Part shown: positions 1-7,472 of the stretch, piece by piece
Layout of the letters: every line of letters starts with the position of its first letter
Position numbering within the stretch: the stretch's first letter is position 1
The notes under the pieces: model-generated
The model's database searches: none
What the model was told of the DNA's origin: nothing
Seen by the model: the letters and a program-made list of their open reading frames with translations, nothing else
Program-made: the position numbers and the translations under genes
Assembly (NCBI RefSeq): GCF_900167395.1
Contig: NZ_FUWK01000051.1
Coordinates: 1-14,778, forward strand
Direction of reading: 5' to 3'
Length of the DNA: 14,778 nucleotides
Source of the DNA: Nitrosomonas europaea
Lineage (GTDB): Bacteria; Pseudomonadota; Gammaproteobacteria; Burkholderiales; Nitrosomonadaceae

Positions 1-284
1 ATCGTACTATCCAGCGACATGTGATCCACTTCCAGCTGTATCAGCTTGTTTTGCTGAAGCGCGAGGAAAACCCGATCCAGGACGCCATTCCTGGCCCAAC
101 GGTTGGCGCGCGTGTAAATGCTGTGCCAATTGCCGAATTTCACAGGCAGACCACGCCACTTACAGCCGTGCTCTGCAACATACAGAATCGCGTTGAGCAC
201 TTCCAAATTCGAAAGTGTGACGTTACCCCGTTGTATCGGCAGTAGATTTTCAATAAGCTTGAATTGCGATGCAGATATTTCCAT
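1..284 (-). CDS. IS5-family DDE transposase, N-terminal ~94 codons (partial; continues beyond the left edge of the window)
   Basis: Manual reverse-complement translation from ATG at 284..282 gives MEISASQFKLIENLLPIQRGNVTLSNLEVLNAILYVAEHGCKWRGLPVKFGNWHSIYTRANRWARNGVLDRVFLALQQNKLIQLEVDHMSLDST... This matches the characteristic DUF4096-type N-terminus of IS5-family transposases (LLP..RG, NAILYV...GC.WR.LP..FG.W..IY.R..RW...GV) up to the LDST motif that holds the first catalytic Asp. It is absent from the ORF track because no stop lies inside the window. The listed 21..245 + ORF is its antisense shadow. Confidence 0.8.
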   Translation of the reverse strand, partial: MEISASQFKLIENLLPIQRGNVTLSNLEVLNAILYVAEHGCKWRGLPVKFGNWHSIYTRANRWARNGVLDRVFLALQQNKLIQLEVDHMSLDST

Positions 285-318
285 TCGGTAATTTTAATAC
301 AAATAGTGTTAACAGACC
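1..318 (-). mobile_element. Right-hand portion of an IS5-family insertion sequence (outer boundary approximate)
   Basis: Transposase start at 284. A putative terminus GGTCTGTTAACAC (minus-strand reading, from about 318 downwards) lies 34 nt upstream of the ATG and abuts CTAG (319..322), a target motif used by some IS5-family members. The other IS end is outside the window, so the inverted repeat cannot be confirmed. Confidence 0.4.
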
Positions 319-374
319 CTAGTAGTATCCGGTTAAAAACCGAACAAATTTAGTTAGAAAAATCAGCCTGATCT

Positions 375-1106
375 TTATACCGACAAATCAATTCGCCCAA
401 TCAAGGGTAATTTGATGGCCAATGGATCCGGCTTGATTCCGAAAGTCAATCCAAGTATGTTGATTTCAAAACCTTCCACATCACTGACAATAATCCCGAA
501 CAGACCGAGTACAGATAACTGCCAGCCACTGCCGCTTGGTGCCGTGGCTGTCATGCTGTTTCCCAGATAATCCTTGCCGATGGCTGTTGGTGGCAGATCC
601 AGACCGATTTCCGGCACGGCTCGAGATAACCATGCGGTAAACGTATTCGAATTTGGACCTGGCCAGATCGTATATTCTTTTGAGTAAGGGTAAGTTTGTA
701 CTGTCTTGTCAATACGTTTGATCAGTTCATCCACACCTTCTCCTCGCTTTTCCGCAAGCAACATCGGTGCATTACCAAACCAGCGTTTATCTGGCGCCTG
801 TTCATGAATTGCAACAACTGAACCACCCCAGCGGGCATACCATCCAGCGACTTCGTACACTGTAAATGATTCGGCGTGAGAGGGTTTGACAGCAAACCAG
901 GTGTGTACACCAAAAATTCCCCGCCAGCTGTAGGCACGTGCAGCATATACCTGAATGACCGCTTCTGGTGTTTCAGCCGGATCGGGCGCAAGCCCTGTCC
1001 GTGCACGACTTGCCGTTCTCCAGTCAGAGCTTCCGAAATTACAGCTCGTTACAATAGCGATAAGCGCAAGAACAATTACATAATTGCCAATATTTTTGAC
1101 AGACAT
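375..1106 (-). CDS. DUF3750-family protein, predicted lipoprotein (function unknown)
   Basis: 243-aa ORF. The N-terminus MSVKNIGNYVIVLALIAIVTSC has a hydrophobic signal sequence and a lipobox-like V-T-S-C. The central segment WPGPNSNTFTAWLSRAVPEIGLDLPPTAIGKDY matches my recollection of the conserved DUF3750 core. The family call is from memory. Confidence 0.7.
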   Translation of the reverse strand: MSVKNIGNYVIVLALIAIVTSCNFGSSDWRTASRARTGLAPDPAETPEAVIQVYAARAYSWRGIFGVHTWFAVKPSHAESFTVYEVAGWYARWGGSVVAIHEQAPDKRWFGNAPMLLAEKRGEGVDELIKRIDKTVQTYPYSKEYTIWPGPNSNTFTAWLSRAVPEIGLDLPPTAIGKDYLGNSMTATAPSGSGWQLSVLGLFGIIVSDVEGFEINILGLTFGIKPDPLAIKLPLIGRIDLSV

Positions 1107-1424
1107 CGCTCGTCCAAAATAGATTCTGGTGTTGGGTTATTCGCTGGGGCAGGGTAATCGTATACTGCCAAATATCCTCACCCGACCGGGGAAATCCAAT
1201 ATGAGAGCAGCATCATGCAGCATGTTCAGCCAAATACTCAAGCTCATTCTGCGTACCGGCTGTGATGGATTGTCAAGGAGGCTGGGGCAAAATCTTACAG
1301 TAGTAAGGAAGGCAGTGAAGCTATGCCTCGTCCTGGATCATAACGGCTACTTGTCCGCTCCGGCATCATTATCGACGGGTAAGGTCGTGGAGGTCAAAGT
1401 GGACGAGATAATGGTTGGGTGTGT

Positions 1425-1456
1425 AAAAAAGCCCACCAAATTTGGCGGGCTTTTTT
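1425..1456 (-). terminator. Rho-independent terminator downstream of hppA
   Basis: A6 (1425..1430), stem GCCCACC (1431..1437), loop AAATTT, stem GGCGGGC (1444..1450), T6 (1451..1456). On the minus-strand RNA the stem is 7 bp with one G-U wobble, followed by UUUUUU. On the plus strand the same position is an A-C mismatch. It therefore fits best as the hppA terminator, 23 nt after the stop at 1479. Confidence 0.75.
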
Positions 1457-1478
1457 AGCAATGGCGCCTGATTCCCGG

Positions 1479-3536
1479 TTACAGCAGCGGGATGATCAGT
1501 AACGCTACGATATTGATAATTTTGATTAACGGGTTGATGGCAGGGCCAGCAGTATCTTTGTAGGGATCGCCAACCGTGTCGCCTGTTACGGCAGCCTTAT
1601 GAGCATCGCTGCCTTTACCGCCGTAGTTGCCATCTTCAATGTATTTCTTTGCATTGTCCCACGCACCACCACCGGCAGTCATGGAGATTGCAATGAACAG
1701 GCCTGTGACGATTGAACCCATCAGTACGCCACCCAGAGCTTGCGGACCGAGGAAAACGCCAACCAGCACCGGAATCAATACAGGCAGTAGAGATGGAACG
1801 ATCATTTCCCGGATTGCAGCTTTGGTGAGCATATCGACTGCACGGGAATAATCAGGTTTGCGGGAGCCGTCCATGATTCCCGGAATTTCCTTGAACTGCC
1901 TGCGAACTTCAAGGACAACGGAACCCGCTGCGCGGCCGACTGCTTCCATTGACATTGCACCAAACAGGAAAGGCACCATCCCGCCGATAAACAGCCCGAT
2001 GATTACCAGATGATTGGATAAATCGAAAGTCATTAATTTGTTGGCATGTTCGAGACCATGGGTATAGTCGGCAAACAGAACCAGGGCAGCCAGGCCGGCT
2101 GATCCGATGGCATAACCTTTGGTAACGGCCTTGGTCGTGTTGCCTACTGCATCCAGCGGATCGGTAACGGCACGTACGGATTCAGGCATGCCTGCCATTT
2201 CAGCGATACCACCCGCGTTGTCAGTGATTGGGCCATAGGCATCCAGTGCGACGATGATTCCGGTCATGGACAACATGGCGGTGGCAGCGATCGCGATTCC
2301 ATAAAGACCGGCAAGTGAGTAAGCGACGATGATACTTGCACAGACTGCCAGTACAGGTGCTGCAGTTGCACGCATCCCTACACCGAGACCAGCGATGATA
2401 TTTGTGGCATGTCCGGTAGTAGAGGCGTTGGCGATATGCTGTACCGGTGGATATTCAGTAGAAGTATAGTATTCGGTGATGACGACCATTAGACCGGTGA
2501 GAACCAGGCCGATGGTTGTGCTGGCAAACAGACGCATGATCAGTTCACCTCCACCTACTTCGGTACCATCCAGCGTCAGAGTGGCGCCCCCCATGAACCA
2601 TACGGTGATAGGCAGGTAGGCGAAGAAAGCAATTCCACCGGCAACTGCCAGTCCGCGATACAGGGCGTTCATGATTTTGCCGCCTTCACGCATTTTGACG
2701 AAATAGCAACCGATGATTGAAGCAACGATAGAGGCTGCGCCCAGTGCGAGCGGGTAAACGGCTGCATCACCGGTACCGGTTTTGAACAACAGGGCACCCA
2801 GCAGCATGGTGGCAATGATCGTGACCGCGTAGGTTTCGAACAGGTCGGCTGCCATTCCTGCACAGTCACCCACGTTATCACCCACGTTGTCTGCAATGAC
2901 TGCAGGATTGCGCGGATCATCTTCAGGGATTCCAGCTTCGACCTTACCGACCAGGTCTGCACCAACGTCTGCACCTTTGGTAAAAATGCCGCCACCCAGC
3001 CGTGCGAAAATCGAAATCAACGATCCACCAAAGGCAAAGCCGATCAGCGGGTGGATGAGATCACTGATACTGCTGGTTTCATCTGCGCCACTGACGAGCA
3101 GTGCGGTATAACCTGCTACACCAAGCAATCCGAGTCCAACGACCAGCATTCCGGTCACGGCGCCGCCACGAAAAGCGATGGCCAATGCTTCATTCAGACC
3201 ACTGCGTGCGGCTTCGGCTGTCCGTACGTTGGACTGGACTGAAACGTTCATGCCCATGAAACCGGCCAGACCGGAAAGTATTGCACCCAGAGCAAAACCG
3301 ATGGCTGTGTTCCAGGAAAGTGCCAGGCCGATGATGACGAATAAAACCGTCCCCACCATGCCAATTGTCAGATATTGTCGCTTGAGATAGGCCGACGCAC
3401 CTTCCTGTACGGCGGCTGCAATTTCCTGCATACGTGAATCACCAGCGGATTGTGCGTAAATACGCCGAATCCACAGGCCACTAAAAATCAGGGCAAGTAT
3501 CGCGCTGCAGATTGCAATCGTTAAACCGTTTGCCAT
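1479..3536 (-). CDS. hppA: Membrane-bound H+-translocating inorganic pyrophosphatase (K+-independent type signature)
   Basis: 685-aa highly hydrophobic ORF with hallmark H+-PPase motifs: [83 protein letters not shown] at 3536 is preceded by TGGAG. Confidence 0.97.
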   Translation of the reverse strand: MANGLTIAICSAILALIFSGLWIRRIYAQSAGDSRMQEIAAAVQEGASAYLKRQYLTIGMVGTVLFVIIGLALSWNTAIGFALGAILSGLAGFMGMNVSVQSNVRTAEAARSGLNEALAIAFRGGAVTGMLVVGLGLLGVAGYTALLVSGADETSSISDLIHPLIGFAFGGSLISIFARLGGGIFTKGADVGADLVGKVEAGIPEDDPRNPAVIADNVGDNVGDCAGMAADLFETYAVTIIATMLLGALLFKTGTGDAAVYPLALGAASIVASIIGCYFVKMREGGKIMNALYRGLAVAGGIAFFAYLPITVWFMGGATLTLDGTEVGGGELIMRLFASTTIGLVLTGLMVVITEYYTSTEYPPVQHIANASTTGHATNIIAGLGVGMRATAAPVLAVCASIIVAYSLAGLYGIAIAATAMLSMTGIIVALDAYGPITDNAGGIAEMAGMPESVRAVTDPLDAVGNTTKAVTKGYAIGSAGLAALVLFADYTHGLEHANKLMTFDLSNHLVIIGLFIGGMVPFLFGAMSMEAVGRAAGSVVLEVRRQFKEIPGIMDGSRKPDYSRAVDMLTKAAIREMIVPSLLPVLIPVLVGVFLGPQALGGVLMGSIVTGLFIAISMTAGGGAWDNAKKYIEDGNYGGKGSDAHKAAVTGDTVGDPYKDTAGPAINPLIKIINIVALLIIPLL

Positions 3537-3675
3537 AAAGAACTCCAGTTAAAATCAGACCACCCTAATATATATACGGAGCCAGGCCTGACGGCCCCGC
3601 ATCAATCCACAATCAAAACCATGAACAGCCTAAATGCATATTTTATATGCTCTTGCCGTCAAAAAACAAAACAGA

Positions 3676-4935
3676 TTAAATTTTGAACTCAGCCAGCTTT
3701 TTAGTTACTGCAACATTTTTCAGCCTGACATAATCAGGTAGTCCGTTTTTATACGGCGGGTAATCTTCTCCTTCGATCAGTGGGCTGAGGTATTCACGAC
3801 ATTTGCCGGTAATGCCGAAACCATCTTCACTGATGAAATCTGCGGGCATCATCTTTTCCACATTTGCCACTTTGGAAAGCTCGACCATACCGGTTTTCCA
3901 GGCGTAGGGCGAACTGGAGATACGTTCGATGGTCGGCATGACGGAATTATGTCCGGCAATCGCGTATTCTACTGCTGCTTTACCCATGGCATAGGCTTGC
4001 TCCACGTCTGTGCCGGAAGCAATATGCCGCGCAGCACGCTGCAGATAATCAGCGACACCCCAGTGATATTTCAGCCCCAAACCATTTTTGACGATATTCG
4101 CAATTACCGGCGCTACTCCGCCTAACTGAGCGTGCCCGAAGGCATCGCGCAATCCCTGATCGGACAGAAATTTGCCATCGGTACCTTTTACGCCCTCTGA
4201 TACTACAACCGTACAATAGCCGTATTCTTTGACGTAATGATCCGTTTTGGCCAGAAACTTTTCCTGATCAAAAGTAACTTCCGGGAACAGGATAATGATC
4301 GGAACCTCGTGATCTTCATTGGAAGCCAGCCCGCCTGCAGCTGCAATCCATCCCGCATGGCGGCCCATTACTTCCAGAATGAATACTTTGGTTGAAGTTT
4401 TGGCCATGCTGGCCACATCGAAACTTGCTTCCAGCATGGAAACGGCAATATATTTTGCAACTGAGCCGAATCCCGGGCAACAATCAGTGATGGGCAGATC
4501 GTTGTCAACCGTCTTGGGTACATGAATTGCCTGAATCGGATAACCGAGTGTGCCGGCAAGCTGTGAGACTTTCAGGCAGGTATCGGCCGAATCACCACCG
4601 CCGTTATAGAAGAAATAACCGATGTCATGGGCCTTGAATACTTCGATCAGACGCTCGTATTCGCGCCGGTTGTCTTCCAGGCTTTTCAGTTTGTAGCGAC
4701 AGGAGCCAAAAGCACCGGAGGGCGTATGGCGCAGTGCCCGGATTGCTTCAGTGGATTCTGCACTGGTATCGATCAGATCTTCGGTCAGTGCTCCGATGAT
4801 GCCGTTACGCCCGGCGTAAACTTTCCCGATTTTGTCGGAATGTGCTCGTGCCGTTTCCAGTAAACCTGCTGCTGAAGCATTGATTACAGCAGTTACACCG
4901 CCAGATTGAGCATAGAACGCATTTTTTATAGCCAT
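3676..4935 (-). CDS. pfp: Pyrophosphate-dependent 6-phosphofructokinase (PPi-PFK)
   Basis: 419-aa PFK-family ORF (SGGVTAVINAS, GGGDS, PKTVDNDL, MGRHAGW). It has Asp at the position equivalent to E. coli PfkA Gly104 (GGGDS, 4588..4602) and Lys at the Gly124 equivalent (PKTVDND, K codon 4513..4515), the residues associated with PPi rather than ATP use. AGGAG lies 6 nt upstream of ATG 4935. Confidence 0.9.
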   Translation of the reverse strand: MAIKNAFYAQSGGVTAVINASAAGLLETARAHSDKIGKVYAGRNGIIGALTEDLIDTSAESTEAIRALRHTPSGAFGSCRYKLKSLEDNRREYERLIEVFKAHDIGYFFYNGGGDSADTCLKVSQLAGTLGYPIQAIHVPKTVDNDLPITDCCPGFGSVAKYIAVSMLEASFDVASMAKTSTKVFILEVMGRHAGWIAAAGGLASNEDHEVPIIILFPEVTFDQEKFLAKTDHYVKEYGYCTVVVSEGVKGTDGKFLSDQGLRDAFGHAQLGGVAPVIANIVKNGLGLKYHWGVADYLQRAARHIASGTDVEQAYAMGKAAVEYAIAGHNSVMPTIERISSSPYAWKTGMVELSKVANVEKMMPADFISEDGFGITGKCREYLSPLIEGEDYPPYKNGLPDYVRLKNVAVTKKLAEFKI

Positions 4936-4998
4936 TTTCTACTCCTGGTTGATCAAAACCTGTTTTTCAAGAACCGGGTAATGGTTTCCGCGGCACAC

Positions 4999-5661
4999 TC
5001 ATTTGGTCTGTTTGAGTGCTGCGATAATATTTTCCTGTATGGCTTCTACATTGCCGGTTCCGGCAATTTTGATGTAACCTGGCGCATTGGGATCACCGCT
5101 GTTCGCCCATTCGAAGTAGTATCCAACCAATGGCCGGGTTTGTTCATGATAGACCTGCAGGCGCTTACGCACGGTTTCTTCCCGGTCATCCTCACGTAGA
5201 ACCAGTGCCTCGCCGGTAACATCATCCCGGTCGGCGACTGCCGGCGGATTGAACTCGATATGATAAATCCGGCCTGATGGCGGATGTACACGACGCCCGG
5301 ACAAACGCTTTATGATTTCGGCATCGGGCACATCAATTTCGATGACATGATCTATGTGTACGTTGGCCGTCCTGAGTGCATCAGCCTGAGGAATGGTGCG
5401 GGGGAAACCATCGAATAGAAAGCCATTGGCACAATCCGGTTCTTCAATTCGCTTGCGTACCAGATCGATGATGATTTCATCTGGCACCAGACCGCCGGAT
5501 TCCATGATTTTTTTTGCCATCATGCCCAGCTCTGTCCCTGCTTTTACAGCATTACGGAGAATATCGCCGGTAGAAATCTGGGGTATGGAAAAACATTCAC
5601 GGATAAAACTTGCCTGCGTGCCTTTGCCCGCTCCTGGCGCGCCCAGTAAGATGATACGAAT
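4999..5661 (-). CDS. adk: Adenylate kinase (long-lid, non-zinc type); start assigned to ATT at 5661..5659
   Basis: Collinear with E. coli Adk from residue 1: (I)[15 protein letters not shown] ... [13 protein letters not shown] ... [19 protein letters not shown]...DDVTGE...[13 protein letters not shown]. The track ORF (4999..6015, 338 aa) is over-extended. The coordinates given yield 220 aa. See the finding on the start codon. Confidence 0.88.
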   Translation of the reverse strand: MRIILLGAPGAGKGTQASFIRECFSIPQISTGDILRNAVKAGTELGMMAKKIMESGGLVPDEIIIDLVRKRIEEPDCANGFLFDGFPRTIPQADALRTANVHIDHVIEIDVPDAEIIKRLSGRRVHPPSGRIYHIEFNPPAVADRDDVTGEALVLREDDREETVRKRLQVYHEQTRPLVGYYFEWANSGDPNAPGYIKIAGTGNVEAIQENIIAALKQTK

Positions 5662-5666
5662 GTTGG

Positions 5667-5673
5667 CCTCCTT
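5667..5673 (-). promoter_or_regulatory. Shine-Dalgarno AAGGAGG for adk, 5 nt upstream of the ATT codon
   Basis: The minus strand reads AAGGAGG-CCAAC-ATT-CGT-ATC-ATC (I/M-R-I-I), read directly from the sequence. Confidence 0.65.
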
Positions 5674-5902
5674 GAGTATTGTCGGGGATGGTGAACATCC
5701 CGCAGTGGTGTGTGCCGCGGATAGCCTGTGAAAAGCCGTTGCAAGCAGCCGGGTCAGGCAGATCGGCACCCTTTCCTTTATAGTTTGCTGCCGATTATAT
5801 CCCAGGCAGGTTGGCAGCTTGAAGTTTTTGGGACTGATCAGAGGTTCTTTAGCGTGCCGGCATAATGGCAGACGTCGGATCACGTTTTTTACAGACCGAA
5901 TA

Positions 5903-5911
5903 TGCGATAAT
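5903..5911 (+). promoter_or_regulatory. Possible extended -10 promoter element (TGcGATAAT) for recA
   Basis: TG-n-GATAAT lies 27 nt upstream of the recA ATG. No good -35 is seen. By-eye call only. Confidence 0.3.
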
Positions 5912-5938
5912 TTCAGCCTGCTTTTTTCGGGAATAATC

Positions 5939-6970
5939 ATGGACGAAAACAAAAATAAGGCACTTTCAGCAGCGCTTGCCCAGATTGAGAAGCAGTACGG
6001 CAAGGGTTCGATCATGCGGCTTGGCGACAGTGATGTGGCAAAAGATATTCAGGTGGTATCCACGGGTTCGCTGGGTCTGGATATTGCACTGGGTGTGGGC
6101 GGCCTTCCGCGCGGACGCATCATCGAGATTTACGGACCGGAATCTTCGGGTAAAACTACCCTGACGCTGCAAGCTATAGCCGAAATGCAGAAACTGGGCG
6201 GGACGGCGGCTTTTATCGATGCGGAACATGCACTGGATCCGCAGTATGCTCAGAAAATCGGCGTCAATGTTCAGGAATTACTGATTTCCCAGCCGGATAA
6301 CGGTGAACAGGCACTGGAAATTACCGATATGCTGGTTCGATCCGGATCGGTCGATGTGGTGGTGGTCGACTCAGTGGCAGCGCTGACTCCCCGTGCTGAA
6401 ATAGAAGGGGAGATGGGTGAGCCGCAGATGGGGCTGCAGGCAAGGCTCATGTCCCAGGCTTTGCGCAAGCTGACGGCCAATATCAAGCGTACCAATACCA
6501 TGGTGATTTTCATCAACCAGATACGTATGAAGATCGGGGTGATATTTGGTAATCCTGAGACGACCACGGGAGGAAATGCGCTGAAATTTTATGCTTCTGT
6601 GCGTCTGGATATCCGCCGTACTGGTTCGATCAAGCGTGGTGAGGAAATGGTCGGGAACGAAACCCGGGTCAAGATCGTTAAAAACAAGGTTGCCCCACCT
6701 TTCAAACAGGCAGATTTCGATATTTTGTATGGCGAAGGTATCTCGCGTGAAAGCGAAATCATCGAACTCGGTGTATTGCACAAATTGATCGAGAAAGCGG
6801 GGGCCTGGTACTCCTATAATGGCGAAAAGATAGGGCAGGGCAAGGATAATGTGCGTGATTATCTGAAAGAGCACAAGAGTATTGCGCATGAGATCGAGCA
6901 GAAAATACGCGCTGCCGTCGGGCTTGCAGAGACAGACAGTCGGGTTGTTCCACCCTCCTCCGGTGAATAA
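5939..6970 (+). CDS. recA: Recombinase A
   Basis: [30 protein letters not shown]... is a canonical RecA N-terminus. Walker A is GPESSGKTT, and the [12 protein letters not shown] and [17 protein letters not shown] motifs are present. The track ORF start (5819) is an upstream in-frame extension. ATG 5939 matches the conserved N-terminus (343 aa). Confidence 0.97.
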   Translation: MDENKNKALSAALAQIEKQYGKGSIMRLGDSDVAKDIQVVSTGSLGLDIALGVGGLPRGRIIEIYGPESSGKTTLTLQAIAEMQKLGGTAAFIDAEHALDPQYAQKIGVNVQELLISQPDNGEQALEITDMLVRSGSVDVVVVDSVAALTPRAEIEGEMGEPQMGLQARLMSQALRKLTANIKRTNTMVIFINQIRMKIGVIFGNPETTTGGNALKFYASVRLDIRRTGSIKRGEEMVGNETRVKIVKNKVAPPFKQADFDILYGEGISRESEIIELGVLHKLIEKAGAWYSYNGEKIGQGKDNVRDYLKEHKSIAHEIEQKIRAAVGLAETDSRVVPPSSGE

Positions 6971-6972
6971 GG

Positions 6973-7413
6973 ATGAGCTTGTATGCGCGTGCACTGGAAT
7001 GTCTTGCGCGACGGGAGTATTCACGGCACGAGCTGGAAAAGAAATTATCCTGTCACGAGCAGTTGCCCGATGAGCTGAAAAGTGTTCTCGACAGGCTTGA
7101 ACAGCAAAAACTGCTATCCGATGAAAGAGCAGTCGAGCAAATTCTGCACGCGCGCAGTCGCAAATATGGAAGCAAGCGGATACGTTACGAGCTGCAGATG
7201 AAGGGAATTGCCGATCATCTGATTGAAGCTGCTTTGGGAGAGTTTAAGCAGACGGAATTTTCCAGTGCACACGCGCTGTGGTGCAAAAAATTTGGCGTTG
7301 CTCCATCCACGCCGGAAGAACGGGGGAAGCAGATCCGTTACCTGGCAGGAAAAGGTTTTTCTTCCGAAGTGATAAGCAAAGTCTTGTCCGATGCCCGTGA
7401 AGCAGAGAATTGA
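6973..7413 (+). CDS. recX: RecA regulator RecX
   Basis: 146-aa ORF starting 2 nt after the recA stop, in the conserved recA-recX position. It has the RecX-like pattern [19 protein letters not shown] and helical-repeat composition. Confidence 0.88.
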   Translation: MSLYARALECLARREYSRHELEKKLSCHEQLPDELKSVLDRLEQQKLLSDERAVEQILHARSRKYGSKRIRYELQMKGIADHLIEAALGEFKQTEFSSAHALWCKKFGVAPSTPEERGKQIRYLAGKGFSSEVISKVLSDAREAEN

Positions 7414-7472
7414 ATGATGAGGTTTTACAGTGGACAGGTTTGTACCGCATAACGGTTGCACAAGGTGCTGAT

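Noticed and set aside
21-245. 74-aa plus-strand ORF at the left edge
   Set aside because: It is the antisense shadow of the IS5-family transposase, whose recognisable N-terminus reads on the minus strand from 284. The plus-strand translation has no family resemblance.
321-332. 12-nt exact repeat AGTAGTATCCGG at 321..332 and 11970..11981 (with flanking CCC), initially suspected to be an IS end or REP element
   Set aside because: Rough expectation for exact 12-mers shared by chance within about 14.8 kb is several per window (about N squared over 2, times 4 to the minus 12). Flanking similarity is weak, and one copy lies on the host side of the putative IS junction.
1129-1458. 109-aa plus-strand ORF in the DUF3750-hppA spacer
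   Set aside because: No recognisable domain, Cys/Arg-rich odd composition, no convincing SD at its ATG, and its 3-prime end reads through the terminator stem. Treated as non-coding, though a shorter internal small ORF cannot be excluded.
3635-3649. 15-nt palindrome GCATAT-TTT-ATATGC in the pfp-hppA spacer
   Set aside because: AT-rich 6-bp arms with a 3-nt loop are weak as a hairpin, are not followed by a T-run, and are easily expected by chance. Noted only as a possible operator and not called.
5819-5938. Upstream in-frame extension of recA (TTG/ATG at 5819)
   Set aside because: The conserved RecA N-terminus (MDENKNKAL...) begins at ATG 5939. The extension ([20 protein letters not shown]...) is not RecA-like.
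5662-6015. N-terminal 118-codon extension of the adk ORF (track ORF 4999..6015)
   Set aside because: The extension has no Adk similarity and a low-complexity, non-protein-like sequence, and it overlaps the recA promoter and start on the opposite strand. Adk homology begins exactly at 5661.
6334-6343. GGTTCGATCC, resembling a tRNA T-arm
   Set aside because: It lies in frame inside recA (LVRSGS codons), with no acceptor or anticodon stems around it. No tRNA cloverleaf could be built anywhere in the window.
6371-7024. 217-aa minus-strand ORF antisense to recA/recX, plus other antisense ORFs inside recA, alaS (for example 9551..9934 and 9681..9950), hppA, pfp, trxB and sulP
   Set aside because: They lie entirely within strongly supported genes on the other strand and have no recognisable domains. 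They are typical shadow ORFs.
7410-7472. Upstream in-frame extension of alaS
   Set aside because: The canonical AlaRS N-terminus [11 protein letters not shown] starts at ATG 7473 behind AAGGTG. The extension overlaps the recX stop.
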